Part shown: positions 26,445 through 34,846 of the stretch, piece after piece | Position numbering within the stretch: the first letter of the stretch is position 1 | Layout of the letters: each line of letters opens with the position of its first letter | Source of the DNA: an uncultured Actinomycetes bacterium | Lineage (GTDB): Bacteria; Actinomycetota; UBA4738; JBBDTT01 | Length of the DNA stretch: 64,000 nucleotides | Direction: 5' to 3' | Assembly (NCBI GenBank): GCA_963742735.1 | Contig: CAVUMN010000004.1 | Span: 928,001 to 992,000, forward strand | Program-made: the position numbers and the translations under genes | The notes under the pieces: generated by a model | The model's input: only the letters and a program-made list of their open reading frames with translations | Told to the model about the DNA's origin: nothing | Databases searched by the model: none

Positions 26445-27128
26445 ATGGGCCGTCAGTTCGTTCGTTTCGCGTTCTACGCGGTCGATCCCGCGTTCCGGCT
26501 GCTCGAGCCGGAGGCGCGGGAGCGGGCCAAGAAGGACCTGGCCGAGACGCTCGAGTCGCGGGCGTCCTCGATGCTCGTGCGCACGTACTCGACGGTCGGG
26601 TTCCGGGGCGACTGCGACCTGCTCGTGTGGTCCGCCTCCGAGGACCCCGACGACCTCACCGCGCTGGCCGCCGCCGCGAATCGCAGCGAGCTGGGCCCCT
26701 ACCTACGCGTCGCGCACTCGTACTTCTCGATGACCAAGCCCTCGAGGTACGTGGGCTCGCACGAGCACGAGGGCCAGGAGGGCCGGCGAACGGTGCTGAC
26801 GCCCGGCGACGCGGCGTTCCTGTTCGTCTACCCGTTCTGGAAGACCCACGAGTGGTACCAGCTGCCGTTCGACGAGCGCATGCGCCTGATGAAGGAGCAC
26901 TTCGAGATCGGCCACAAGTACCCGAACGTCCGGCTGAACACGACCTACGCGTTCGGCCTGGACGACCCCGAGTTCGTGCTGGCGTTCGAGGCCGACGACC
27001 CGTCGGAGTTCCTCGCCCTCGTCGAGGAGCTGCGGGCAGCCGAGCAGCGGCCGTTCACCCTGCGGGACACCCCGATCTTCACCTGTCGCCGCATGACCGC
27101 CGCCGAGGCGCTCGACCAGATCGCCTAG
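26445..27128 (+). CDS. Chlorite dismutase / coproheme decarboxylase (HemQ/ChdC) family protein
   Basis: YSTVGFRGDCDL, YPF.KTHEWYQL...R..LM.EH..IG..YP, FGLDD.EFVLAFE; TATCCT -10 at 26430-26435. Confidence 0.9.
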   Translation: MGRQFVRFAFYAVDPAFRLLEPEARERAKKDLAETLESRASSMLVRTYSTVGFRGDCDLLVWSASEDPDDLTALAAAANRSELGPYLRVAHSYFSMTKPSRYVGSHEHEGQEGRRTVLTPGDAAFLFVYPFWKTHEWYQLPFDERMRLMKEHFEIGHKYPNVRLNTTYAFGLDDPEFVLAFEADDPSEFLALVEELRAAEQRPFTLRDTPIFTCRRMTAAEALDQIA

Positions 27129-27132
27129 CTCC

Positions 27133-27945
27133 ATGCTCCGTGCGCGCGTCGAGGTGCGCGGCCTGGACATCCACTACCGGCAGTGGGGCACCGCCGAGAC
27201 GCCCACCGTGGTCCTCGCCCACGGCCTGCCCGACGGCGGCTTCGTCTGGTCCGCGCTGGCCCGCGAGCTCGAGGGGGTCCGGCGCCTGATCGCCTTCGAC
27301 CTCCCCGGCTTCGGCGAGTCCGACGCGCCGAAGGGGTTCGCCCACACCGTCTCCGCGTACGGGGACGTCTTCGACGGGTTCGTCGAGTCGCTCAACCTGG
27401 ACCGCTTCGACCTGGCCGTGCACGACGTCTCCGCGGCCTACGCGCTGCCGCACGCGGCGGCACGCCGAGAGCAGCTGAGCTCCCTGCTGATCCTGAACAC
27501 CCAGGTGTTCACCGGATGGCGCCACCATGCGCTGGCCCGCCGCTACCGCCGGCCGGTGCTGGGACGCCTAATGACCCTGCGGCCGCCCCGCGGGCGGTTC
27601 GAGAAGCTGCTGCGCCCCGCGTTCGCCGCGGAGCCTCCGCGCTGGTACCTCGACGAGCTGTGGACGGTGTGGAGCCGCCGGCGAACCCGCCGGGCCGTGA
27701 TGCGGTTCTACCGCCAGAACGAGCCCGAGGCGTGGGCGCCGGCCGAGCGATCCCTCGAGCGGCTTCGCGGGGTCCCGGCGACGGTGGTGTGGGGCGACAC
27801 CGACCCGTTCATCCGCGGGGACTACGCCGAGCGGACCGCCGACGCCCTGGGCGCGGACCTCTTCCACGTGCCCGACGCGGGTCACTTCCCCATGGTCGAG
27901 CGCCCGCAGGAGGTGGCCGCGGCGGCCCGGACGCTGTGGGGCTAG
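27133..27945 (+). CDS. Alpha/beta-fold hydrolase (epoxide hydrolase/haloalkane dehalogenase-like)
   Basis: HGLP, DLPGFGES, VHDVS nucleophile elbow, WGDTDP, AGHFP. Confidence 0.9.
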   Translation: MLRARVEVRGLDIHYRQWGTAETPTVVLAHGLPDGGFVWSALARELEGVRRLIAFDLPGFGESDAPKGFAHTVSAYGDVFDGFVESLNLDRFDLAVHDVSAAYALPHAAARREQLSSLLILNTQVFTGWRHHALARRYRRPVLGRLMTLRPPRGRFEKLLRPAFAAEPPRWYLDELWTVWSRRRTRRAVMRFYRQNEPEAWAPAERSLERLRGVPATVVWGDTDPFIRGDYAERTADALGADLFHVPDAGHFPMVERPQEVAAAARTLWG

Positions 27946-27950
27946 GTGCG

Positions 27951-27978
27951 GGAACCTTTCGCGTCGCTCCGCCCGTCG
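27951..27978 (+). promoter_or_regulatory. Putative ECF-sigma promoter
   Basis: GGAACC-N17-CGTCG upstream of the lipoprotein gene at 28011. Confidence 0.55.
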
Positions 27979-28010
27979 AACCGGACAACCCAACCAGGAG
28001 GAGCCGGACC

Positions 28011-28487
28011 ATGACCAGGAAGCTGATCGCGCTGCTGGCGATGCTCGTGTTCGGGGTCGCGTGCGGCAACCTGAACGACACCGGCGCCGGGGGAGGCAGC
28101 CCCGAGGACCCCGTGACCAGCTCCCCGGTCGATCCCGGCGAGCCCATCCCCTCGCCGACGCCCCGCATCGTCGAGCCCACCCCCGGCCTGACCGGTGTGC
28201 ACCCCAACGCCTTCGACAAGGCCGTATCCGTGGACGGCGACACCGTCCGCGTCGAGTACTACCTGGGGGTTGAGGACTGCTACGGCCTGGACCACGTCGA
28301 GGTCGAGTACGGCGAGGAGGTCGTGATCATCACCCTGTACAGCGGCAGCGTTCCCGGCGCGGAGGTGTGCATCGACATCGCGGAGTTCGTGGCCACCATC
28401 GTGGACCTGGACGAGCCCCTGAACGGCCGGACGATCGTGGACGGCGCCGCGGACGAGAGCGCGGACGACGGCGAGTACGGCTACTAA
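28011..28487 (+). CDS. Lipoprotein with a two-Cys beta-rich domain
   Basis: SD AGGAGGAG; MTRKLIALLAMLVFGVAC lipobox; EDCYGL...VCIDIA. Confidence 0.8.
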   Translation: MTRKLIALLAMLVFGVACGNLNDTGAGGGSPEDPVTSSPVDPGEPIPSPTPRIVEPTPGLTGVHPNAFDKAVSVDGDTVRVEYYLGVEDCYGLDHVEVEYGEEVVIITLYSGSVPGAEVCIDIAEFVATIVDLDEPLNGRTIVDGAADESADDGEYGY

Positions 28488-28891
28488 CCCGCGTCGAGCG
28501 CCTCGGCCTTGTTGGGCGCGGGCGTGTTCGGGAGGTGGAGCAGCGTCCGCACCCCGAGCACGCCCGGGATCTTCGCCGCGGCCCGCTCGAGCCGGCCGAT
28601 CTGCTCCGCCCGGTCCACCTCGCCCCGCAGCACGATGATCCCGTTCTCGGCGTTGATCTTCACCCGGTCGCTCGGGATGTCGAGTCCGACGAACAGCTCG
28701 CTCTCGACCTTCGCGGCGAGGGTGGGGTCGTTGTAGGAGTGATCGAGCGTCCCGGGCCCCTCGGCCCGGGTCACCCCGAGGACCCTGGACCGGATCCGAC
28801 GGCGCCGCTCAGGGCCGTTCTCGGGGTCCAGGAAGTACATCGCGGCCGCGCCGGCCGCGGCGAGCATCGCCGTCCTTCGGATCGCTCCCAT
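28484..28891 (-). CDS. BON-domain protein
   Basis: GAAAMYFLDP..G..RR; D.TLAAKVESEL, V.INAENGIIVLRGEV, IPGVLGV..LLH. Confidence 0.88.
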   Translation of the reverse strand: MGAIRRTAMLAAAGAAAMYFLDPENGPERRRRIRSRVLGVTRAEGPGTLDHSYNDPTLAAKVESELFVGLDIPSDRVKINAENGIIVLRGEVDRAEQIGRLERAAAKIPGVLGVRTLLHLPNTPAPNKAEALDAG

Positions 28892-28929
28892 CCAGAACAG
28901 TGTTCCCGCGGACGACGAGGGGGAAACGG

Positions 28930-29442
28930 CTACCGCGACGCGAGCACGTCGGCCAGCGAGGGGTTCGAACGGTCCCGCTCGGACAGTATCGGCGTGGTCC
29001 CACCCCAGTCGATGCCCAGCTCCGGGTCGTCCCAGGCGATCCCGAACTCGTCGGGGTTGGCGGCGTCGTACTCCTGCGTCACCAGGTAGCAAAGGGTCAT
29101 GTTCTCAACGGCGTACAGGCCGTGGGCGACGAGGGGAGGGATGAACACGCCGCGCGGCTCGTCCTGGCTCATCTCGAACTGCTCGACGTGCCGGAACGTC
29201 GGCGAGGCCTCCCGGATGTCCACCAGCGTCACCCGGCATCGCCCCCGGGCGATCGTCCAGTAGTCGGCCTGTCGCTTGTGGAAGTGCAGCCCCCGGAGCA
29301 CCCCCGCGCGGGAGTACGAGAGCGAGGACTGGACCATCTCCGGCGCGCCGGGCACCCAGGACTTCTTGTACGCCTCCTGGAACCGCCCGCGGTCGTCCGG
29401 ATGGGGGGAGAGGTCGAACCGGTGGACGCCCTCGATCGCCAC
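28930..29442 (-). CDS. rmlC: dTDP-4-dehydrorhamnose 3,5-epimerase family protein
   Basis: DDRGRFQE, GVLRGLHFH, VDIR..SPTF, VAHG, GIAWDDPELGIDW, ILSERD. Confidence 0.92.
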   Translation of the reverse strand: MAIEGVHRFDLSPHPDDRGRFQEAYKKSWVPGAPEMVQSSLSYSRAGVLRGLHFHKRQADYWTIARGRCRVTLVDIREASPTFRHVEQFEMSQDEPRGVFIPPLVAHGLYAVENMTLCYLVTQEYDAANPDEFGIAWDDPELGIDWGGTTPILSERDRSNPSLADVLASR

Positions 29443-29775
29443 CTAGGCCCGGGCGGCGTCGGGGACCCGCAACGTGAACCGGCAGTCGTACTCGCTCTCC
29501 AGCGAGAACGAGTCGTTGACCAGGCCCTCGTCCACGTCGACCTCGAGGGTCCGGTCGTCGTCGTAGAGCTTCGCCAGCCACGCGTGGGCGAACACCGGCA
29601 CGCCCCCGGCCTCGCCGATCCGCACCGCGTCGGGCTCGACCAGGTAGTGGTCGTAGAGGAACGGCGCCGTCGAGTCGCAGCACCCGGTCCCCAGGACCAT
29701 CACCAGGTCGGTCTTGCCCGCGTCCGCGACGCGGCGAACGACCTCCTCGGCGCGGCGGGTGGCGGTGATCTTCAG
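29443..29775 (-). CDS. DUF779 family protein (ALDH-associated); apparent CTG start
   Basis: KITAT..A, GCCDSTAP, GE.GGVP, FSLE; the reading frame begins at the CTGA overlap with the ALDH stop. Confidence 0.8.
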   Translation of the reverse strand: MKITATRRAEEVVRRVADAGKTDLVMVLGTGCCDSTAPFLYDHYLVEPDAVRIGEAGGVPVFAHAWLAKLYDDDRTLEVDVDEGLVNDSFSLESEYDCRFTLRVPDAARA

Positions 29776-31277
29776 TCGGTCACCCCGATGATCTGGTTCC
29801 AGATCTTGTCCTTGGGGGCGAGCTGCTCCACCCGGACGTACTTGGTCTCCAGGTACTCGCCGAGCCCCCACGGTCCGAACTCGCGGCCGAGACCCGACTG
29901 CTTGTAGCCGCCGAACGGGGTGGCCGGCGTGATCATGTGGTGGGAGTTGATCCACACCGAACCGGTCTCCATGCGCTTCGCGACCTCCTGGGCCCGGATC
30001 GTGTCTCTCGACCACACCGAGCCCCCGAGGCCGTAGATCGAGTCGTTCGCGATCCGGATGGCCTCGTCCACGCTCGAGTAGCGGATCACCGAGAGCACCG
30101 GCCCGAAGATCTCCTCCTGGGCGATCGTCATCGAGGTCTCGACGTCGCCGAAGATCGTCGGCTTGTAGTACGAGCCGTTCTCCAGGCCCTCGCCCGTGGC
30201 CCGCTCGCCGCCGGTGAGCAGCTTCGCGCCCTCCTCCTGGCCGATCTCCACGTAGCGGTGCACCGCGTTCAGCTGGGTCTCGTTGATCAGCGGGCCGAGG
30301 TCGGTGCCGAAGTCGGTCGCGGGCCCGACCGTGAGCGACTCGACCTTCTCGACCAGCGCCGCGACGAAGTCGTCGTAGAGCACCTCGGGCAGGAGGAGCC
30401 GCGTCCCGGCCTCGCACGACTGGCCGGAGTGCATGAACATCCCCCACAGCACACCGGGGATCGCGTCCTCGAAGTCGGCGTCGTCCAGGACGATCTGCGC
30501 GCTCTTGCCGCCGAGCTCCAGGGTCAGGCGCTTGATCGTCCCGCTGGCGATCTGCATGATCCGGCGGCCCACCTCGGTGGAGCCCGTGAACGAGATCTTG
30601 TTCACGTCGGGGTGATTCACCAGGCCCTCGCCGACCGAGGCTCCACCGCCGGCGACGATGTTCACGACGCCCTTGGGCAGGCCGGACTCGGCGAAGATCT
30701 CGCCGAGGGCCATGGTGGTCTCCGGCGTGTAGCTCGCCGGCTTCAGCACGACCGTGCACCCGCTGGCCACGGCGGGGGAGAGCTTCCAGAAGGCCATCAG
30801 GTACGGGTAGTTCCAGGGGGTGATCGAGCCGACCACGCCGACCGGGTCGCGGCGGATCTGGTGCCACGCCGGCGCCGGGAAGTCGTAGTTGGGCCCGGGG
30901 ACGACGTAGTCCATCTTCGAGGCCAGCTCGCCCAGGTAGCGCCAGAACTCGTGGGCGTAGGGCACCGTGAACAGGTTGGCCAGGCGGGCGGTGTGGCCGG
31001 CGTTCTCGGACTCGAGCATCGCGAGCTCGGAGGCCTTGTCCTCCAGGCGCGCGTGGATGTCGAGCATGATCTTGAAGCGGTCGGCGGGCTTCATCGAGGG
31101 CCACGGGCCCTCGTCGAACGCCGTGCGGGCGGCGGCGACGGCGCGGTTCGCGTCCTCCGCTCCGCCCTTGGCGACGGTCGCGACGGCCTCGCCGGTCGAC
31201 GGGTTGTAGGCCTCGAACGTCTCCCCGCTCGCGGCGTCGGTGAACTCGCCGTCGATGAAGAGCTTGTAGTCGCGCAT
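29772..31277 (-). CDS. NAD-dependent aldehyde dehydrogenase
   Basis: ITPWNYP, FTGSTEVG, LELGGKS, GQSCEA, EEIFGPV, PFGGYKQSG. Confidence 0.97.
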   Translation of the reverse strand: MRDYKLFIDGEFTDAASGETFEAYNPSTGEAVATVAKGGAEDANRAVAAARTAFDEGPWPSMKPADRFKIMLDIHARLEDKASELAMLESENAGHTARLANLFTVPYAHEFWRYLGELASKMDYVVPGPNYDFPAPAWHQIRRDPVGVVGSITPWNYPYLMAFWKLSPAVASGCTVVLKPASYTPETTMALGEIFAESGLPKGVVNIVAGGGASVGEGLVNHPDVNKISFTGSTEVGRRIMQIASGTIKRLTLELGGKSAQIVLDDADFEDAIPGVLWGMFMHSGQSCEAGTRLLLPEVLYDDFVAALVEKVESLTVGPATDFGTDLGPLINETQLNAVHRYVEIGQEEGAKLLTGGERATGEGLENGSYYKPTIFGDVETSMTIAQEEIFGPVLSVIRYSSVDEAIRIANDSIYGLGGSVWSRDTIRAQEVAKRMETGSVWINSHHMITPATPFGGYKQSGLGREFGPWGLGEYLETKYVRVEQLAPKDKIWNQIIGVTD

Positions 31278-31317
31278 GGGTCGGCTCCCTCCTGGATTCG
31301 AGTGAGGATACCGCGGC

Positions 31318-31344
31318 GGAACCTTGCTCTGCCCTCGTGCGTCG
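31318..31344 (+). promoter_or_regulatory. Putative ECF-sigma promoter
   Basis: GGAACC-N16-CGTCG upstream of the lipoprotein gene at 31355. Confidence 0.55.
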
Positions 31345-31354
31345 GTATGCTGCG

Positions 31355-31936
31355 ATGACCATGAATCGACGGTGGCTGGCGGTGCTCCTGGCGGCGGGGA
31401 TGCTCCTGTCCGCGTGCGCCGACGAGGCCGAGCCCGGGGCGTCCCCCTCGGCGCCGTCGCCCAGCGGGTCGCCGACGCCGATCGAGCTCGAGGGCTCGAC
31501 GTGCGAACCCTCCCAGGGTGGCTCGGATGCGAACGTCCCCGACTTCGTCGAGGTCATCCCCGAGCACGTGGAGGGGATCGACCGGGTGACCTTCCGCTTC
31601 GAGCCGGACGCGTCCGCGACCGAGGCGCCGAGGTTCAACGTGCAGTTCGTGGACCAGCTGACGACGGACGGGGAGGGCGCGCCCGTGGACGTGGCGGGCG
31701 AGCGCTTCGTGTCCATCGGCTTCCACGCCATCGGCGTGCGGATCGAGGGGGAGACGCCGGAGGAGGTCTACACGGGGCCCCGGGAGTTCATCACCGGCTA
31801 TCCGAACATGCTCGAGATCGAGCAGCTCGGTGACTTCGAGGCCCAGGTGTCCTGGGGGATCGGCCTGAGCCGCGCCGGCTGCTACCGCGTGGAGTCCTCC
31901 GCGTCCGAGATCACCCTGGAGTTCCCCTCGCCCTGA
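31355..31936 (+). CDS. Lipoprotein, AMIN-like domain
   Basis: LLSAC lipobox; H.EG.DRVTF.F, GDFEAQVSWGIG; start is 31355 or 31361. Confidence 0.8.
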   Translation: MTMNRRWLAVLLAAGMLLSACADEAEPGASPSAPSPSGSPTPIELEGSTCEPSQGGSDANVPDFVEVIPEHVEGIDRVTFRFEPDASATEAPRFNVQFVDQLTTDGEGAPVDVAGERFVSIGFHAIGVRIEGETPEEVYTGPREFITGYPNMLEIEQLGDFEAQVSWGIGLSRAGCYRVESSASEITLEFPSP

Positions 31937-32008
31937 CGGGGAGGTTTTCGCGGGCTCTGGTAGTACCATTTGCATGACGCCGTGCACTCACGAAAGGAGG
32001 CGCGAGCC

Positions 32009-32800
32009 ATGTCGGTCACCGTCCGTGACCTGCGCTCCTGGAAGGCGGAGGGTCGTCGCTTCGCGATGCTCACCGCGTACGACTTCCCCACCGCTCAGAT
32101 CCTCGACGAGGCGGGCATCCCCGTCCTGCTGGTCGGCGACTCGGTCGCCAACAACCAGCTCGGCTACGAGAACACCCTCCCCGTCACCATGGACGAGATG
32201 CTGCATCACGCCAAGGCCGTCGCCCGCGGCGCGAAGGACGCGCTGCTGGTGGGCGACATGCCGTTCGGGTCCTATCAGGGCTCCATGGAGGAGGGCATCG
32301 CCAACGCCACCCGCTTCCTGAAGGAGGGCGGGATGCACGCGGTCAAGCTCGAGGGCCCCATGGTCGACCTGGCTCAGGCCCTGGTCGAGCGGGGCATCCC
32401 AGTCATGGGCCACCTGGGCCTCACGCCCCAGTCGGTCCACGCGATGGGGGGCTACCGGGTTCAGGCCAAGACCGAGGAGGCCGCGGCCCGTCTGACGCAG
32501 GACGCCATGACCCTCGACAAGGCCGGGGTGTTCTCCCTGGTGCTGGAGGGCGTCCCCAGCGCGGTGGCCGAGCGGGTGACCGCGTCGATCTCGGCGCCGA
32601 CGATCGGGATCGGGGCCGGGCCTCACTGCGACGGCCAGGTCCTCGTGATCAACGACCTGCTGGGGATCGGCGGCGGCACGTACCCGAAGTTCGTCAAGCC
32701 CTACGCGAACCTGCGCGAGGAGATCACCCGCGCCGTGACCGCGTACCGGCAGGACGTGGAGTCCGGGTCGTTCCCCGACGCGGCCCACTCCTACGAGTAG
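32009..32800 (+). CDS. panB: 3-methyl-2-oxobutanoate hydroxymethyltransferase
   Basis: MLTAYD, LVGDS, DMPFGSY, VKLEG, GHLGLTPQS, TIGIGAG..CDGQVLV..DLLG. Confidence 0.97.
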   Translation: MSVTVRDLRSWKAEGRRFAMLTAYDFPTAQILDEAGIPVLLVGDSVANNQLGYENTLPVTMDEMLHHAKAVARGAKDALLVGDMPFGSYQGSMEEGIANATRFLKEGGMHAVKLEGPMVDLAQALVERGIPVMGHLGLTPQSVHAMGGYRVQAKTEEAAARLTQDAMTLDKAGVFSLVLEGVPSAVAERVTASISAPTIGIGAGPHCDGQVLVINDLLGIGGGTYPKFVKPYANLREEITRAVTAYRQDVESGSFPDAAHSYE

Positions 32801-32803
32801 CGG

Positions 32804-33943
32804 TTAGGGCGGGGCGCGCTCCGCCTGACGCAGCGCCCGGCCATCGGGCGCGGTGAAGGCGGGTCTCCCCGCCAGCATGCGCACGGTGAAGCCGTCTTCG
32901 TGCACCGCGCGATGATGGCGCCAACACAGCAGCACGAGATTGTCCTTGGCGGTCCGGCCGCCCCGACCCCAGTGGACGACGTGATGCACCTCGCCCCACG
33001 ACGGGGGCCGGTCGCAGCCCGGAAAGCGGCAATGCCGATCGCGAGACTCCACCGCCCTCCGTAGCCCTGCCGGCACCACCCGCGTCTTCCGTCCTACGTC
33101 GAGGGGCTCCGAGCCGGGCCCCATGACCATTCGCACGACCGAGGCATCGCACGCCATCCGTCGCGCCGCTTCGCCGGAGAGCCGCCCGGCGTCCTCGAGG
33201 TCGGCCTCGCCGACGGCGCCGGAGAGGATGGCGGGATCGACTCGCACGGTTACGACCGGGCGTTCGCCTCCCACGGTGGGTCGATCTCGTCGGGCGAGGA
33301 AGCCCCGGCACAGCTCGCCCAGGGCGTCGGCTCGCCGTTGCGGCCCGGTGCGGCGGTCTCCGGGCACCGAGCTGGCGTCTATCACCGCGCGGAGGGCCGT
33401 GATGATCCCTTGTCCGTTCTCCGAGTCCAGCAGCCCCTCGATCCGAACCATCCCGTCGAGGGTCGTTCCGACGTCCACGCGACGCGACGCATGTCGGCGC
33501 CGCTCCGCCGCCTCGGCATCCTCGAGTGAGGCTCGCCACGACTCGGCCCGCCGACGGAACGCGCGCATCGGGAGCTCGGTCGCGGCCTGAACCAGCTCGG
33601 ACTCCGAGGCCTCGAACGCCATCGGGTCGGCCTTGCGGACCTCCACGAGGGTTCGCAGCGCGGTTCCCCCGAGCCGGCCGGAGCTCAGTGCGCGCCGGGC
33701 CGCCGGCATCTCCTCCAGCGCTCGCGCCGCCTCGAGGTCGCGACGCGCCTCTGGCCAGGGGATACGGTGCTGGTCGGACAGCCACGCTTCACACGAGGTG
33801 GCTCCCATGGACGCCCACTGACGGGTCCGGTCGACCTCAGCCAGCAGGCGGAGCCGCTCGGCTCCGAGGGCCACCCACCTTCGATGGACGGCGCTGAAAC
33901 GATCGAGAGCGGAGGGTTCGAGCGAGGTCGCGGGCTCGGCCAT
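32804..33943 (-). CDS. DUF222 + HNH endonuclease protein (REP13E12-like)
   Basis: QRRADAL, ARRMACDA, PLDVGR, RD.HCRFPGC...EVHHVVHW..GG.T..DNLVLLC..HH..VH, RAPP end. Confidence 0.92.
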   Translation of the reverse strand: MAEPATSLEPSALDRFSAVHRRWVALGAERLRLLAEVDRTRQWASMGATSCEAWLSDQHRIPWPEARRDLEAARALEEMPAARRALSSGRLGGTALRTLVEVRKADPMAFEASESELVQAATELPMRAFRRRAESWRASLEDAEAAERRRHASRRVDVGTTLDGMVRIEGLLDSENGQGIITALRAVIDASSVPGDRRTGPQRRADALGELCRGFLARRDRPTVGGERPVVTVRVDPAILSGAVGEADLEDAGRLSGEAARRMACDASVVRMVMGPGSEPLDVGRKTRVVPAGLRRAVESRDRHCRFPGCDRPPSWGEVHHVVHWGRGGRTAKDNLVLLCWRHHRAVHEDGFTVRMLAGRPAFTAPDGRALRQAERAPP

Positions 33944-33974
33944 GCCGAAACGCTAGCGCGACCCAGTGACACGC

Positions 33975-34805
33975 CTAGCGGACCAGTCTCGACAGCCTCC
34001 GGTCGGCGAGGATCTTGCCGCCCGTCTGGCACGTGGGGCAGTACGTCACCTCGTGGGACTCGTAGGAGATCCGGCGGAGGTCTCCGCCGCAGCGCGGGCA
34101 GGGTTTCCCGTACGCGTTGTGGACGGTGAAGTGGTCGCCGAGCTTCGTGGGCAGCCCGCCGGTTCGGCCGCGCTCGACCTCGAGCGCCTCGGCCAGGACG
34201 TCGCCGGTCGCCTGCAGGAGCCGATCGCGATCCTCGGCCGGCAGCGACGCGAGCGAGGCGAACGGCGAGAGCTGGGCCCGGTGGAGGATGTCGTCGGAGT
34301 ACCCTCGCCCGATCCCGGCCACCGTCCGCTGGTCGCGGAGGATGGTGTGGATCCGCCTCCCGTCGGCCCCCTCGCGGATCAGGGCGGCGAACTCGGGGGA
34401 AGCGGGCTCGGGACCCAGCTTGGCCAGCGGCCCGGGATCGTCCGCCGCCAGGACCCACCAGCCCGCCTTGCGGTCGGTCCCGAACTCCTTGACGAACATC
34501 GCCCGTTCGCCGAACGCGAACCGGGCCACGGCGCCCTTCGGCTTGGTGGCCTTGGCCGGGTCCTCCAGGTCGATCCGGCCGCCCTGGGACAGGTGCACGA
34601 GCAGGTGGAGCTCGCCGAGCTCGAGGATGAGGTACTTGCCCCGGCGGCCGGTGCGCTCCAGGGTCCGTCCGACCAGCGCCTCGGGCGATGGGTCGTAGGT
34701 CTTCAGGCTCGAGAACTGCAGCGGGGCGTACGCGGTCAGCTCGCGGCCGGCCGCGAAGTCCGCGACCCGCTCGGCCAGCGCTTGGATCTCGGGGAGCTCC
34801 GGCAC
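33975..34805 (-). CDS. Fpg/Nei family DNA glycosylase
   Basis: N-terminal PELPE, RRGKYL, DQ..VAGIG..YSD.ILH.A, zinc finger CPRC...CPTCQ. Confidence 0.93.
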   Translation of the reverse strand: MPELPEIQALAERVADFAAGRELTAYAPLQFSSLKTYDPSPEALVGRTLERTGRRGKYLILELGELHLLVHLSQGGRIDLEDPAKATKPKGAVARFAFGERAMFVKEFGTDRKAGWWVLAADDPGPLAKLGPEPASPEFAALIREGADGRRIHTILRDQRTVAGIGRGYSDDILHRAQLSPFASLASLPAEDRDRLLQATGDVLAEALEVERGRTGGLPTKLGDHFTVHNAYGKPCPRCGGDLRRISYESHEVTYCPTCQTGGKILADRRLSRLVR

Positions 34806-34846
34806 GCCTCCAACTCTCGCACAGGGCCGCGGGGACGGACCCGGGG

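Noticed and set aside
32804-33943. DUF222-HNH gene as an active mobile element
   Set aside because: No terminal inverted repeats, target duplication or second copy is visible, so it is kept as a CDS only.
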